From assembly GCA_965240325.2 (NCBI GenBank), contig OZ251246.1, positions 620,001-684,000 of the forward strand: a stretch of DNA of 64,000 nucleotides, in the 5' to 3' direction. A program made the translations under genes and the position numbers. The stretch comes from Rebecca billardiae RCC1528. Lineage: Eukaryota; Protista; Haptophyta. How positions within the stretch are numbered: position 1 is the first letter of the stretch; every line of letters starts with the position of its first letter. The notes under the pieces are model-generated. The model searched no databases and was not told where the DNA came from. It saw nothing but the letters and a program-made list of their open reading frames with translations. Below are positions 35,718 to 47,731 of this stretch, in pieces.

Positions 35718-38349
35718 AGTGCAGGATTGGAATTTTCCGTGACGCTTCGGACGGTCCGCAGCTCGAGTCAGCGAATCCGGTCTCGGCCGGACAGTGGAAC
35801 TCGGGTGGAAGCCGCGACTTCGCGGCGGACGGAGCCTCAAACGAGCGGTGCCTCGGCTCGCGGCGCGATCTACTCGGCGAAGACCGACGAGGCTGCTCGC
35901 GGGCCCGACTATGCGTCGACGCGGGCTGGGGTCGTCTTCCGCGTGGCGCTGGGCAAGTTCCTCGCCGCCCTGACGGGTGCTCTCCTTTCGCCCTCACGGC
36001 GCGCGCGGTGCGTTTCGCGCCAGCTTCTTGCATGCGCCGCCCGCGGTTGCGCCCGAGCCTGATGCTTCAGTCGACACGGCAGGTGGCTCGCGCAGGGTGG
36101 GATTGTGTGCGGGTGCCGCTGGCGGTGCGTCTCACCCTCCTGAAATTGTGTGGGAGGCTGTGACATTGCACGCGTACACCCCGCCACGCCCGCGGCCCGC
36201 CCGCGCAAACGCCGCGCCGCGCAGTTGTCTTTGACCTCGAGCGAGCCTGAGGCGTGGAGGCGACCGACGGCGGGGTGCGACTTGCCCACCGACCCGAGCC
36301 GCATCACCCAGCGCAGCCTCGCCCGCGACGACGCTTCGCCTGGCTGCCACTGCTCAGCCGCGTGCAAGGCGGGCTGGGCGACGTCTTTGCCGAGCGCGGC
36401 TGCAGCGCAGCACGCGAGAGGCTGGAGCGCCATGACGCGGATGGCGGAGCGGGCTTTGGGCTGGCTGGCATGAGCCGCCAGGCTGTACCGTCCGCGCAGA
36501 TCGCGCTCGGCCCGGCCGCAGCCCTCCTGAGCGCGCGCCTCAGAGCTGAGACTGATCACGTGCACGCGCACAAGCCACACTGCCGTGGCTGTGTCGAGCA
36601 GCTGCGTGTGCTCGAGGCGCGGCGCTCGCACGGGCCACGCGGGCGCAGCGGGTGCGCGCAGCTGGCGCACGCAGTGCCACGTCCTGCCGCGCCAGTTTGG
36701 CGGCCGTCCGCCCCCCCGAGCTCGAGTTCTGCGCGCTTTGCGACGGCGCGGCCGGCCGCGCCCATCTTCATGCTTGGGCACGCCAGCATGGCCGCCGCCG
36801 GGCCTGCTGCGCGCGCCGAAGCTGGAGGGCGGAGGAGGGCGCTGGGCTGCTCCTACGGCGTGCTGCAGCCCGGGCAGGCTTTTCCGCGGCGCGGCGAGGC
36901 CGTCGCGCCTGCTCGCCGCCGTCGAGTCGCCCGTGCTGAGTGACCGTCGGCCGCATGTGCTCGGCGGCACCGCAGGCAGGCGTCCCATACCAGTGTGCTC
37001 GAGCCGCTGCGCGCACCCAAGGCGAGCTGCTCGAGCGGGCTAGGTGGGCCCACGGAGTGCGCGCAGCTGGCGCACGCAGCCCCGCGTCATGGGGTGTCGG
37101 TTTGACGGTCGCCAGCCCCCGTGGGCTCGAGCTCTGTGCGCTTCACCACGGAGGTGCCGACGGCGCCCCGCGGCGCGCAACGGCGTGGCAGCATGGCCGC
37201 CGCCGGCGCCGCCGCACATGCCGCCGCTTACGGGCAGTCGAGAGCTTGGGGCAGCACCTACGGCATGCTGCAGCTCGGGCGGGCTCTGCCAGCCTGCTGT
37301 GGCGTGATCGCGCATTTTCCAGACCGTCGACTCGCCCGCGCTGCATATTTGTTTGCTGCGCGTGCTCGACGGCGCCGCTGCTGCCGCTACGGCCGCGCGT
37401 TGCTGCGTCGCGAGCGAGCCCGATGCGAGCTGAACGGCGGCGTGCTCATCGCTGCTGGCGCAGATGGGCGCGTCATGGTGGCCACGCACGATGCTGAGTG
37501 CTCGCGCGTGCCAGACGAGGCGCGTGCTCGCGCTGTGGCTCAATGTCCGGCAGTGCGCGTGGCAGGCCGCAGCTGCTCGACAACAGAACCAGCGGGCAGT
37601 GATCGGGCTGCGCGCGCGCAGCTGATGGCGGCGAACGAGCGAGCCCGCACCGCCGCGCAAGGGCTGGGCGACTGGCGCCGAGGTGGCGCGCACGTCGTCC
37701 GCTGCCGTTGGCATCGCGGCGGACGCTTCAAGCTCGTTCGGCCGGCGTGTTTTCTCCGACGCCCACCTGCGAGCGCTGCCGGCACCGTGCTCGGGCGTCA
37801 GTATCGGTGGGCTCGAGCACGCGTGGTGAGGCGCTCGGAGCGGTCGACGGCCATGATCGGGCAGCGCACGGTGGGCGCAGGCCACGCGCACGCCAGCGCC
37901 CCGCGTGGCGTGGCTTCACGGGGCGCAGCCACCAGGAGACTGTGCTGCGACGAGCTCGAGCGCGCTCGGGCGCCGCTGCTCTGCATTTTCCCGAAAAATC
38001 GGTTTTCGTGCCCTCGACCGGCGTTATGCCGCCGGGGTGGCCGCAGCTGCGCTCGGAGCAGCGCGCACGGGCACCGCCGTGTGCGCCCGCCCGCTTTCGC
38101 CGCCGCCGAGCTCGAGCACAGCGCTGCGCGGGGCTGCGTAATGCCAACGGCGCATGATTTTTTGCCCGCGCCGAGCGCGCGTCGGCGCGCGCAGCGCGCT
38201 CAGGTGTGGCCTGCTACCAAGGTCTGTGCCACGATTCGACGCGCCTATGGTGCGCCGAATTTAGGCGCACCGCTTCAGAATTGTCCGATGATTCGACTAG
38301 TGGTGCGGACAACTTAAAACGTCACCCTGAGCAGTTTTCCGGCACTGTG
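35715..38349. mobile_element. Non-autonomous DNA transposon with CACAGTG-initiated, block-conserved 46-bp TIRs
   Basis: Left end CACAGTG-17bp-GTGACG-9bp-GTCCGCA; right end (reverse complement) has the same blocks and the same spacing; ATAT on both flanks; internal degenerate ~370-400-bp repeats. Confidence 0.78.
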
Positions 38350-38645
38350 ATATACAGTCTCATCAGTGAGACTGAGCCTACTCCGTGCCGTACTGCCGTA
38401 ATCGTATACTATACTGCTGTCAACAGCGCGGGTGACCCGGACTGCGATGTCGTCGACGTCGTGACTCGTGTACGAGCGATGACGATGCTGCGCGCACTCG
38501 CACGACTTATTATTTGCCGTTCAGCGGATGATGACTGTCTGGCGGCGCAACGCCCAACGAGAATCATATAACGTCAGTCTGTGAGTCTGTGACTGTCGTC
38601 GGCTTTTCGAGCGCGGCGGCGGCGCGCCGCGCTTTGGCCCGGCGA

Positions 38646-41600
38646 TCACCACACGTCGCCGTCGGCGTCGACGGCATCCGCGCCCCCGTGCTCGTCAAAC
38701 TCGGAGGGCGACCCCCACTGCGTGTCTGCCGAGTCGGAGCCGTCGGCGCTCGAGCCGCCCACGATCTCGAGCGCCTCGAGCAGCTGCGTGGCGAGCGCGA
38801 GCAGCTGCGAGGCTGCGGGGCTGGCGCCGCCCCGCTCGCCGCCGCCGCCCGCGCTGCCGCCATCGAGGGGCGACTCGACGACGGCGGCAGCGGTGGCCGC
38901 CGCCGCGTCGCACTGCTGCGCGAGCGTCTCGGCGTGCGCGCCAAACGAGGAGTTCTCACTCATCCCGGCGCGCGCGCACGTCGCGCCCACGTTCGCCGCC
39001 AGCCGCAGCAGGGCGGGTCTCGGCGCGTGCGCAATGGCCAGATGCGCGCGCAGCGCCGCGCGCAGCACGATCGCCAGCGATCCGAGCAGAGGCGGGTGCG
39101 CGCCGATGAGCGCGCCGTGCGCGGAGGCGGTGGCGCTCAGCGCGTCGACGAGCTCGGACGCGAGCGTCGCGCCCGCGCTGCCGTTGCTCGCGAACGGCGT
39201 GTGCGCGGGCTTGCTCACGCCCGCCGCGCTCGCGGCCGCGTGTGACGCGAGCGCCGCCGCCGCGACAGCACCATAGTCATCGACCCGAGCGGTGATTAGT
39301 CTCGGCGAGGCGTCGAGCGCGGCGGCGAGGGCTGAGAGCGCGCGCAGCGCGGCGTCGGGCCGCTCGCAGCGGCGCGCGAGCACGCCCAGCGGCGCGAGCA
39401 TCCGCGCCGAGCCCTCGATGGCCGCGGGCTCGGCGAGCGCGCCGGCGGAGGAGGCGTTCACGATGGCGCGCACGGCGGAGACCGCCGCCAGCCGCGCGGC
39501 CGCGTCCCGAGCGCGTAGGGCGATGTCACCGAGCCACGCGCACGCGTTGGCGCCGTCGGCGGCGTCGACGGCGTCGTCGCCGGACGAGCCGAAAGCCCAC
39601 CAGCACGCGAGCAGCCACGGCGCGCGCCGCTCGAGCAGCGCCAGCGTCCACCACGCGTCGCGCGCGCGCGCGCCCGCCGCGGCCACGCTCGCGTGCGACG
39701 GCTGCGCCCACGTGCTGGCGCGCGCTCGCGCCTCCTCCTCGACAGCGACGTCCATCGCTTGGAGCGCGGCCTCGCGGCGCTGCATCAGCTCGGCTAGCAG
39801 CGCGCCGAAGCGCACGCCGCCCGCCTCGCTCATCTCGTACGGCGCGAGGCCGAGCGCCGCGCACCGCCCGTCGTACGAAAGTGCATGGGACAGGCCGCCG
39901 CCCGGCCGCGCCGGCGCCGCCGCGCTCGAGCCCGCCGCCGCGCCGGGCGGCGGCCGGGCTGGCTGCCTCGGCTCTGGCTGGGCTGCTGCCCCGTGGCCGG
40001 GCGGTGCCGCTGCGCCGCCGCCCTCCGCGCCCGCGCGCCGCCCGTCCGCGCCCGCCCACGCGTGCGCCGCGGGCTCCGGCTCGGCGCCCCTCGCCGCCGT
40101 GGCCGCGTCGTCTGTGCGCCACGCCTGCGCGAGCGCGTTCGCGGAAGCTTCCGGGCGCGCGGCGACGAGCGCAACCCACAGCCTCTCAGCCTGCGCACGC
40201 AGCGAGGCGCGGTCGCCGACGCCGCCGTCGTCCGCGCCGAGCAGCGCGAACGCCTCCGGGTCGGCCTCCCACTCCGCGAGCACCGCCGAGTTCGGCTCGA
40301 GCAGCGCAGGCAAGGCCGCGGCGAGCGCAGACGCAGTGGCGTCGGCCGACGCGGCCGCTGCGCCGCCGTCGGCCGCGCCGCCGCCCGCGCCGCGCCCGTC
40401 AGTCGATGCGGGCTCAAGCGCCCATGACGGCGCGGCGTGCGGCGCGGCGTGCGCCATCTCCGCCGCCGTCGCGAGCAGCCGCGCGAGCTGCAGCGCCATT
40501 CGTCGCGCCTCGTGCTCCGACGCCAGCGGCTCCGACTCCCCGCCGCCGCCGTCGCCTCGGCCCGCGGCCGCGCCCGGTTGCTCAGCAGTCGCGGCGGCGC
40601 GCGCGCCCGCGTCCGCGCCGTCCGCTCCCGCCGCGGCGGCGGCGAGTGCGCGCTGCCGCGTGGCCGAGGCGGAGCACGCGCAGAGCGGCGCGACGCGCAC
40701 GAGCGCGCACGCCGCGGGCTCGAGCGCCGCGCGCGCGCTCGCCGCCGCCACCGCAGCGCTCTCATCGCGCCCTGGCGCCCGGTCGCCTTCGACCGCCCGA
40801 ACTAACGTGACGAGGGCGCACTTGGCGAGCGAGCGGACGAGCCGCGCTCGGCGGTCGGTGAGGCGGCCGGTGGAGGCGATGGCGGAGAGCGCGGGCGCGA
40901 GGGCCGCGCACGCGCTGTCCACCATCGCGCTCGCCAGCCCGTCCGCCGCCGCCGCGGCGGGCGGCAGCGAAAGCACAGGAAGCACCGCGCGCGTGTGCAC
41001 GGTCGCGCGGTCTAGCAAAGGGCCCTCGACGGGCGCGCTCGCGGCCGAGGCGGCGGCGGCGAGCGCGGTGCGCCAGCGCTCGAGGAGGGAGGGGCCGAGG
41101 GAGCTCGCCGCGAGCGCGAGCGCGCCCGCCGCCCCGCGAAGCGTCGCGCCGCCCCCGCTCCCACCGCCGCCGCCGCCGCTCGCCGCAGCGCCCGCCGTGC
41201 CGCCCGCGCCGCCACCGTCGGGCGCGTCGGCGCGCGAGGTGTGGTGCAGCGCGAGGAGCTCCTTGAGCGAGCGGCGGAGCGCCGTGAGCGCGCCCTCCTC
41301 CGCATCGGGCGCGCTCGGCAGCGCCTCGTGCGCCACGCGCGCGCACAGCGCCCCGAGCATCAGCGCGTTGCCGCGCGCACTCGGAGGCTTGGTGTCTGCG
41401 TCTGCGAGCGCCGCATCCGCCCGCACGCACGCGGCGACAGTGGCCGCGGCGTGGGTGCGCGCGCGCGGATCGGGTGTGCCGAGGAGTTCAAACACGTGCG
41501 GTATCAACGCGGCGCGCTCCTCCGAGGAGAATGTCGCCCAGCACGTCGGCAGGCGCGCGCGCAGGCACGCGCTCGCCAGAAAGCGATCGGTCGCGTCCGG

Positions 41601-41744
41601 CGCGCCGCGCACGAGGCGGGCGAGCTCGGTGAAGAAAGGCACCGGCATCCGCTCCGCCTCATAGAGCGCCCGTTCGCCGTCGTGCCGCACCGCGGCATCG
41701 GCGCTCGCGGCCGCGCGGAGCGCCGCCGCCAGCGCCGCGTCCAT
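38646..41744 (-). CDS. Importin-beta family HEAT-repeat protein (importin-11-like, Ala-rich, divergent)
   Basis: IBN_N-like start (AVRHDGERAL..RFLASACLR..W); later WEADPEAF..LRAQAERLW and RRAPWLLACW resemble importin-11 blocks. Confidence 0.65.
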   Translation of the reverse strand: MDAALAAALRAAASADAAVRHDGERALYEAERMPVPFFTELARLVRGAPDATDRFLASACLRARLPTCWATFSSEERAALIPHVFELLGTPDPRARTHAAATVAACVRADAALADADTKPPSARGNALMLGALCARVAHEALPSAPDAEEGALTALRRSLKELLALHHTSRADAPDGGGAGGTAGAAASGGGGGGSGGGATLRGAAGALALAASSLGPSLLERWRTALAAAASAASAPVEGPLLDRATVHTRAVLPVLSLPPAAAAADGLASAMVDSACAALAPALSAIASTGRLTDRRARLVRSLAKCALVTLVRAVEGDRAPGRDESAAVAAASARAALEPAACALVRVAPLCACSASATRQRALAAAAAGADGADAGARAAATAEQPGAAAGRGDGGGGESEPLASEHEARRMALQLARLLATAAEMAHAAPHAAPSWALEPASTDGRGAGGGAADGGAAAASADATASALAAALPALLEPNSAVLAEWEADPEAFALLGADDGGVGDRASLRAQAERLWVALVAARPEASANALAQAWRTDDAATAARGAEPEPAAHAWAGADGRRAGAEGGGAAAPPGHGAAAQPEPRQPARPPPGAAAGSSAAAPARPGGGLSHALSYDGRCAALGLAPYEMSEAGGVRFGALLAELMQRREAALQAMDVAVEEEARARASTWAQPSHASVAAAGARARDAWWTLALLERRAPWLLACWWAFGSSGDDAVDAADGANACAWLGDIALRARDAAARLAAVSAVRAIVNASSAGALAEPAAIEGSARMLAPLGVLARRCERPDAALRALSALAAALDASPRLITARVDDYGAVAAAALASHAAASAAGVSKPAHTPFASNGSAGATLASELVDALSATASAHGALIGAHPPLLGSLAIVLRAALRAHLAIAHAPRPALLRLAANVGATCARAGMSENSSFGAHAETLAQQCDAAAATAAAVVESPLDGGSAGGGGERGGASPAASQLLALATQLLEALEIVGGSSADGSDSADTQWGSPSEFDEHGGADAVDADGDVW

Positions 41745-41957
41745 TGGCCACAGGCTCAGCCCGTCGCGGCCCTCTTCGCGACGCCCTTGGGACGCTGACC
41801 CGCGATGGGTAGCGGCTCGCGCCTCTCATTGGCTGGCGCGCCCAGGTCTAGATAACCAGCGACTCGCCGGGTCGGCCTCCCAGTCGGAGTGGCGAGGCCG
41901 GAGGGCCCGGAGGCGGTCGGCGGAGTCCCTAGGCGGACGGCTGAACGAATCTTCCGA

Positions 41958-42056
41958 CGGCGCTACCATCGGCGACGGCTTCACGGGCGGTGACAGTTGG
42001 CGGGCGTCAATCTCGCCTGCCTGAGCTGTGTGCGTCTCTTATTCTTAGTCAACTGT
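41958..42056. repeat. 99-bp dispersed repeat, copy 2
   Basis: Matches 1050-1148 with the same end points. Confidence 0.9.
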
Positions 42057-42095
42057 AGACCGCGCGACCGCGATCGCCCACCGACCCTGAGGGTC

Positions 42096-43637
42096 TTAGA
42101 GCTCGGCTCGCAATGATGCTGGCTCACTGCATGACGGTGGGGGCCGACGTGATGCGCCGCCTGCTCCAACGGGCGCAGCCTGCGCGCGCGACGACTGCTC
42201 CGGCTGGGCGCCAGCCGTCCAGTGCGCCGCAGTGCCACAGCCACAGCCACAGCCGGCGGCGCCCGTAGTCACGGCCGCCGCCGCTGATGCTGCCGCCTGG
42301 GCGGCGGGCGCGCCGCTGTCCCACGAGGGCAGCGCGTCCGAAGCCCCCGGCGTGGGTCCCCCGCTCGGCCCCGGCGCTCCACTGGCCGCCGCGTGCGCGG
42401 CGGGGCTCCACGAGCCGCACAGCGGCTGGTCGTCATCCTCGGCCGCAGCGCGCGTCGCATCCGCGCTACCCCGGGCGGCGCGCGCCGCCGCAGCCACGCT
42501 CAGCCGCCTGCCAGCCTCCACACCCGAGCGGACAGCGGCTCTGCCGTGCCGCACGCTGTGCCCGAGCACGCCCACGGCGACGCTCGCCGTCCGCGCCACA
42601 CGCCGCAGCGCCGCCTCCTCCGGCGGCATCTCGCCAGCCATGCCGCCGCTGCAGCTGAGCGCTGAGCCCGCGCTCGGCTGAGCGGCGCCGAATGCGCCGC
42701 CGCCGGCAGCGCCGAGTACGCCGCCACCGTCGAGACTCTGGCAGCCTGCTGCACCGCCCGAGCCGTCGACACCGTACGTGGCCGCTGGCCCGCACGCGGT
42801 GCCCGGCCCGCCCGCGCTCCCAACGGTAGGGCCCACGCTGCCGCCCGCCCCGAACCCCGCGCGAGGCTCGCCGCATGCCGCCCCGGACCTCAGCTCAGCC
42901 GCGGCCGCGCCGCCAGCCGCCGCGCCCGCGCCGGCACCGCCCGCGCCCGCGCACGCCGTGCCAACCCCGCCAGCGTGCTCGCCGGCGTCCAGCGGCGGCG
43001 GCGGGTTGGCCGGCCCGGCGCCCGGCGCGCGCACGTCCCCGGCCCCGCCGCCGTCCACGAAGAACGCGCCTGACGCCGCCTCCTTCTCGTCGACCCGAAA
43101 CCGCATGAGCAGCACGTGCACGTACTTGAGAATCGTGCCCGCGATGCCGAGCCCGACGATGGACGCGACGACCTGGCCGCCGATGGGGAGCGTGGAGCCC
43201 CAGACGAAGGCGACGACGGTGAGCATCATCAGCTGGATCGCGATGATGTACAGCAGCAGCGCGTACGAGTAGAACGCGCGCACGCCCGAGACGGCGAGGT
43301 GCATGGCGCCATCCGGACCGCGGAGCGCAAGGCCGGGGCCGAGCATCGCGGTGCACATGGCGACGAGGAGCGCCTGCAGGGAGCAGCCCATCGTGATCGT
43401 GAGCATGCACACGTACACCCCCTCCGAGAACGAGCCGCTCTGCATCGAGTGCCCGCCGAGCCCAAACCGCTTCTTGGTTCGGTAGTAGAGCCCAGAGTAG
43501 GCGAAGCCGGCGAGAAGGGCGGTCTTGCGGCCGAGCTGGCGGCAGTTGGCCGCGTACAGCTGGAGCTCGCGCTCGCGGATGGCGATCATGCGCACGCGCG
43601 TGTTGTTCGCCAGCGCCTCCTTCCGCGCGTTCAGCAT
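42096..43637 (-). CDS. 4-TM membrane protein, Orai-like protist family, with a low-complexity C-tail
   Basis: RERELQLY..N....KTALLAGFAY, GPGLALRGPDGAM; four hydrophobic helices; the Orai relationship is inferred from the ALLAGFA TM1 similarity. Confidence 0.65.
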   Translation of the reverse strand: MLNARKEALANNTRVRMIAIRERELQLYAANCRQLGRKTALLAGFAYSGLYYRTKKRFGLGGHSMQSGSFSEGVYVCMLTITMGCSLQALLVAMCTAMLGPGLALRGPDGAMHLAVSGVRAFYSYALLLYIIAIQLMMLTVVAFVWGSTLPIGGQVVASIVGLGIAGTILKYVHVLLMRFRVDEKEAASGAFFVDGGGAGDVRAPGAGPANPPPPLDAGEHAGGVGTACAGAGGAGAGAAAGGAAAAELRSGAACGEPRAGFGAGGSVGPTVGSAGGPGTACGPAATYGVDGSGGAAGCQSLDGGGVLGAAGGGAFGAAQPSAGSALSCSGGMAGEMPPEEAALRRVARTASVAVGVLGHSVRHGRAAVRSGVEAGRRLSVAAAARAARGSADATRAAAEDDDQPLCGSWSPAAHAAASGAPGPSGGPTPGASDALPSWDSGAPAAQAAASAAAAVTTGAAGCGCGCGTAAHWTAGAQPEQSSRAQAAPVGAGGASRRPPPSCSEPASLRAEL

Positions 43638-44289
43638 GGCGCCGGCCCGCCGCGCGCGGCGATGCACACGCCCCGGGGCGCGGGCTTGGCCGCCGCCGCC
43701 GGGTCGCTCGCGGACAGATCAGCATGGCGCGCGGGCGGGCTGCTTTTTGACATTTTCTATTGCATCAAAAATGCGCTGGATGCGCTACAGCCTCAGGAGG
43801 AGAAGACATTACCCCCATAGTCAGAAGACCTCCGACTACTCCAAACCACCAGTTCCACACTCAGTAGAACTAGCTCTGAGACGGAGGGCCTGAGACACAG
43901 TTTACTACTGCGCTAAGATTTAGCGACGTGCACACTGGACAGCACAGTACTTAGCGACGACTGTCCATACGACATATACGGCCTGATGATCGACGACGGC
44001 TGGCCGAGCGCCGCTGGCCCGGACTCGCGGCTCAATCACTGGGACCAGGCGGTGCGCCGTTTGCTGCGGGCGTTGCACAGCGCCTGCGCCGCGCGCGCGC
44101 GGTCACTGTTGCTCGGTCTGCGTCGTCGACGTCCGCCTGAATATTATCAGCCATCGTCGGCTGACGATGTCATGCTGCGCCGCGCACGGCTGGCGCAACG
44201 TCCCAGCAGCGCGGTGGCAGCGCAGCCAGTGCAAGCGAGCCTTCTGCCGCGCACGGCCGCGCGGCTGCCGCGCGCGCGCGCCCGCCCTC

Positions 44290-44928
44290 TCAGAACGGGT
44301 CCTCCCCGTCATCGGACGAGCCTTCAAAGTCGTCGTCCTCGTCTACAAACTCGACCTTGTATCGCAAGATGCCTGGGGAGGCGGCGCGGCGCGCGGCGCG
44401 CGGCGGAGGGGCGGATGGGGCGGGTGCGTGGGCGAGGGGCGCGATGTGTGTGCGCGGTGGAGGCGGGGGGTTCGGGAGGAGGGCGGCGTGCAGCCGGCGT
44501 GTGCGCGTGCGCACGCGCTGCGGCGCATGCGCGCGCGCGCGGTGCGGCATAGCTCCTGCCACGCGCTGGCGCGGCCGCGCACACGCCGCCGCACACGCCG
44601 CGCACGGCGCGCACGCCAACACGCCCGCGTGCAGCGCGCACCGCCAATGCCGCCGAACCCCTTCACGAACTGCGAGCCCTCCTGCGAGCGATTGGTCACA
44701 AACTCGAGGGTGGTGCCAAAGGACTTGTAGTTATTTGCAAACCATTCGACAAGCTGCATCTTCTCGATCACCTGCGCGGCGGTCGGGGGCGGAGCCGCGG
44801 GCGGGCGCGCGCCCGGCGCAGCCAAGGCGGCTCAGCCACGCGCCTACTGGAGCGCGCACGCGCGCGCGCGCTCGCGCCGCGCACGCGGTGCCGTCGGCGT
44901 GTCCCGTGGGCGAGCGCGCGGCGCAGGC

Positions 44929-44964
<36 letters not shown>

Positions 44965-47731
44965 GCAGCAGCAGCAGCGGCAGCAGCGGCAGCAGCAGCG
45001 GCAGCAGCAGCGGCAGCGGCAGCGGCGGCAGCAGTACCTCGAGCTCCGTCCCCGTCTCCGCGTCGTGGAAGTTCGCCTGGTTCGCCTCCTGCTCCTTGTT
45101 CAGGTAGAGCACGTTCTCCTCGCCGCTCGTGTTGTTCTTGATCACGAACCGATTCGTCTCGAGATTCTCGTATACGATCAGCGTCTCGACCGCGCCCATC
45201 TCGAGGGCCTTGATCGTGTCGCCGACGCCGAAGCAGTATCGGCCCGTGTCCTGCGAGATGTGCTCGAAGTACTGCGAGATCAGCTTCTTCTCCTTGATGA
45301 ACTTGACGTTCGAGAGCACCTCCGCCGAGAGCTCGATCGCCTGCGCCACGCGGGGCAGCAGCCGAGCGCGGGGCGTGCGCGTGAGTGGGGCGCGCGCAAG
45401 CACACGGGCGGCGCGGCGCGCGCGGCGAGGGGCGGTCGGGGGACACGGCAGCGCGGACGCGCGCGCGGGAGGGCGTGCGCGCACACCTGGTTGAACCCGT
45501 TCTCGCCGCCGTACGACACGTCCACCACCTTGAGCACCTTCACGGCGAGCCGCGGGTCCCAATGGTCGTTCTGCTGCAGGTCGTTTTTGAAGTCGGCGGA
45601 GCCGGCAAGCACCAGCCCGGACACGTTGCACTTGTCATTGGTGATGAACATCTGCGTGGCGATCTCGGCGACCTTGCGCACGTAGTTCTGCCGCTTCTCG
45701 AGCCGGAGCCGCGCGAAGCGCAGCGCGGACTGCCCGCCGCGCCCGTGCTTCTTCGGGAGGTCGACCGAGAACTTGTGCAGAATCTCGCGCGTGTTGCCCG
45801 CGAGGGTGCCGTATAGCGCGCCGTTGCCGTCCATGATGATGAAGCCTGCACGCGCGCGGAGGCGGCGGAGGCGGAGGGAAGCGCGGAGGGCGGCGGGCGC
45901 GGGGCCGGCGTGAGCGCCGAGCTGGGGAGAGGGCGGGCTGCCGCGCCGGCCGACCAGCCGCCGGCGCCGCCGCGCCCGCGGTGCGAACGTCACACGCGCC
46001 ACGCGCCGAGCACGGCTGCGGCGGCGCTGCGCCGCCTCCCACGCACACCCGCCGGCCCCGCGCCCCGCGCTCGCACGCGTGTGCTCGCGCGCGCGCTGCG
46101 CGGCCCAACACTGGCGCGCGCGTGCGCACGCGCCGGGGCAGCACCCGCCACCGTCCACACCGGCCGGGGCCATCGCTCGCCCCCCGCGCTCGGCGACGCC
46201 GCGGCCCACACCGGCGCGCCGCGGCTGCGCACACACGCCCGCGCAGCCCCGCGCCCGTGTGGGCGGAGGAGGCCGGGCGTGCAGGCAGCGGCGCCCGCGC
46301 GTGGCGGCGTCGCCGGCCTCTGGCACACACGAGGGACGGAATGCGCCGCCCGCCCGCGCCAGGCCAGCGCGCCTCCGCGGCGGCGCTTCGCGCGCAGCGC
46401 CCCCACCGCCCACGCCCTGTCCAGGCCACCCCGCTACGCTGGCGGCGGCGCCGCGGCCGCGGCCAAGAGCGCACGCACGCACGCATGCCACGCACGCGGC
46501 ACGCGCAGAAGCGAGCAACCGCACGCGGCGCGAGGTCTGCCACAGGGCGCACACGCGCAGCCGCGCACCGAACTTGTCGTCGTCCTCCATCAGCTCCGCG
46601 AGCGCCTCGACGTGGAACTTGTTGTCGCACAGGTACAACGACGTGTTAATAGGCTTGAAGGGCTCGAAGTCGATGTTGACCTTCTTCTCCTTGCCCTCGT
46701 CCGTCAGGATCGTGCCGCAGTAGATGATCAGCCCGTTCGGCGGCACCTGCGCGCGGAGAGACGCGGCGCGGAGCGCGCGGCGCGGCGCAGCCCGAGCGGT
46801 GAGGCGCGGCGCGCGCGGCCGCATGCGGCGCAGCGGCAGCGGGGGTTGGCGGCCTCCTCCCGCGCGCGGGGGCGCGGGCACGCCGCCCGCCCGGGCAGCG
46901 CTGGCCGCCCGCCCCAGCACGCCCGGCCCAGCGCTCGACACTCGACCCAGGCTGCCCACAGCCGCTGCTCTCAGCACCGACTCACTCGCACCAGCGCGGG
47001 CGCGGCCGGCGCCGAGCTGAGCGCCAGGCCCGCCGGGGGGGCCTCCGCCGTGCACGCCGCCCAGCGCACGGCCGCCCAGCCCGCCGCCGCGCGTGCACTC
47101 TGCCCGCACGGCCGCGGGCTCGGCCCGCGGTCGGGCTGTCTGTCGCATGGCCGGGCTGCACGCCGCAGGGCGCGTGGCGGGGTGTCTGTCCGTCCGTTTG
47201 TCTGTGTGTCGCTCGCACCTTTGTGAACAGCTTGAGCCTCTGCTGGGTGGAGGTGATGGCGGAGAGCACGGAGAGCCGGTTGACGCGCGACTTGATGTTC
47301 GACGCGGTGCCGTACTCGTCCGCGAGCATCTTTGACGCGCGCGAGATCTGATCCTTCGGCGGCAGGATCAGCGAGATCATGCTCGTGCCGTTGCTGTGGC
47401 GAGTCACAGTCGGTCGCGGCCGGAGCGAGCGGGCGCGCGCGCGCAGCATAGGCGTGAGCCGCGGCGGCAGGCGGCGGGGCGGGTCTGGGAGCGTGCGGGG
47501 TGGCCATCGCCGCCTGGCCGGGGCGTGCCCTGCCCAGCTGCACCCGCCCTGCCACCGCCAGGGCCTGCCCACTGCAGCATGCTCGCGCGCCATCCAGCAC
47601 GCCGCGGCGCGTGCGAGCGGTCTGGGGCGTCGCGCGGCGGCTTACCCCCGAGCGGCGGCCAGGGACTTGACGAGCTTCTTGATCTTCCAGATCTCGATGT
47701 TCTTGTCGTCATCCGCCGCTCCGGACGACAT
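44290..47731 (-). CDS. eRF1: Eukaryotic peptide chain release factor 1; 7 exons (47731-47646, 47393-47219, 46746-46569, 45845-45487, 45340-45038, 44771-44642, 44372-44290), 437 aa
   Basis: [41 protein letters not shown]; all six introns are GT-AG and in phase. Confidence 0.98.
44929..45033. repeat. (CAG/CGG)n trinucleotide repeat in eRF1 intron 5
   Basis: Starts immediately after the donor site at 45037. Confidence 0.93.

Noticed and set aside
44929-45033. PolyQ/polyA/polyL insertion in a protein
   Set aside because: It lies within eRF1 intron 5, after a clear GT donor
44290-47731. Variant genetic code signalled by eRF1
   Set aside because: The GTS, TASNIKS and YxCxxxF motifs are canonical, and TAA, TAG and TGA are all used as stops in the window
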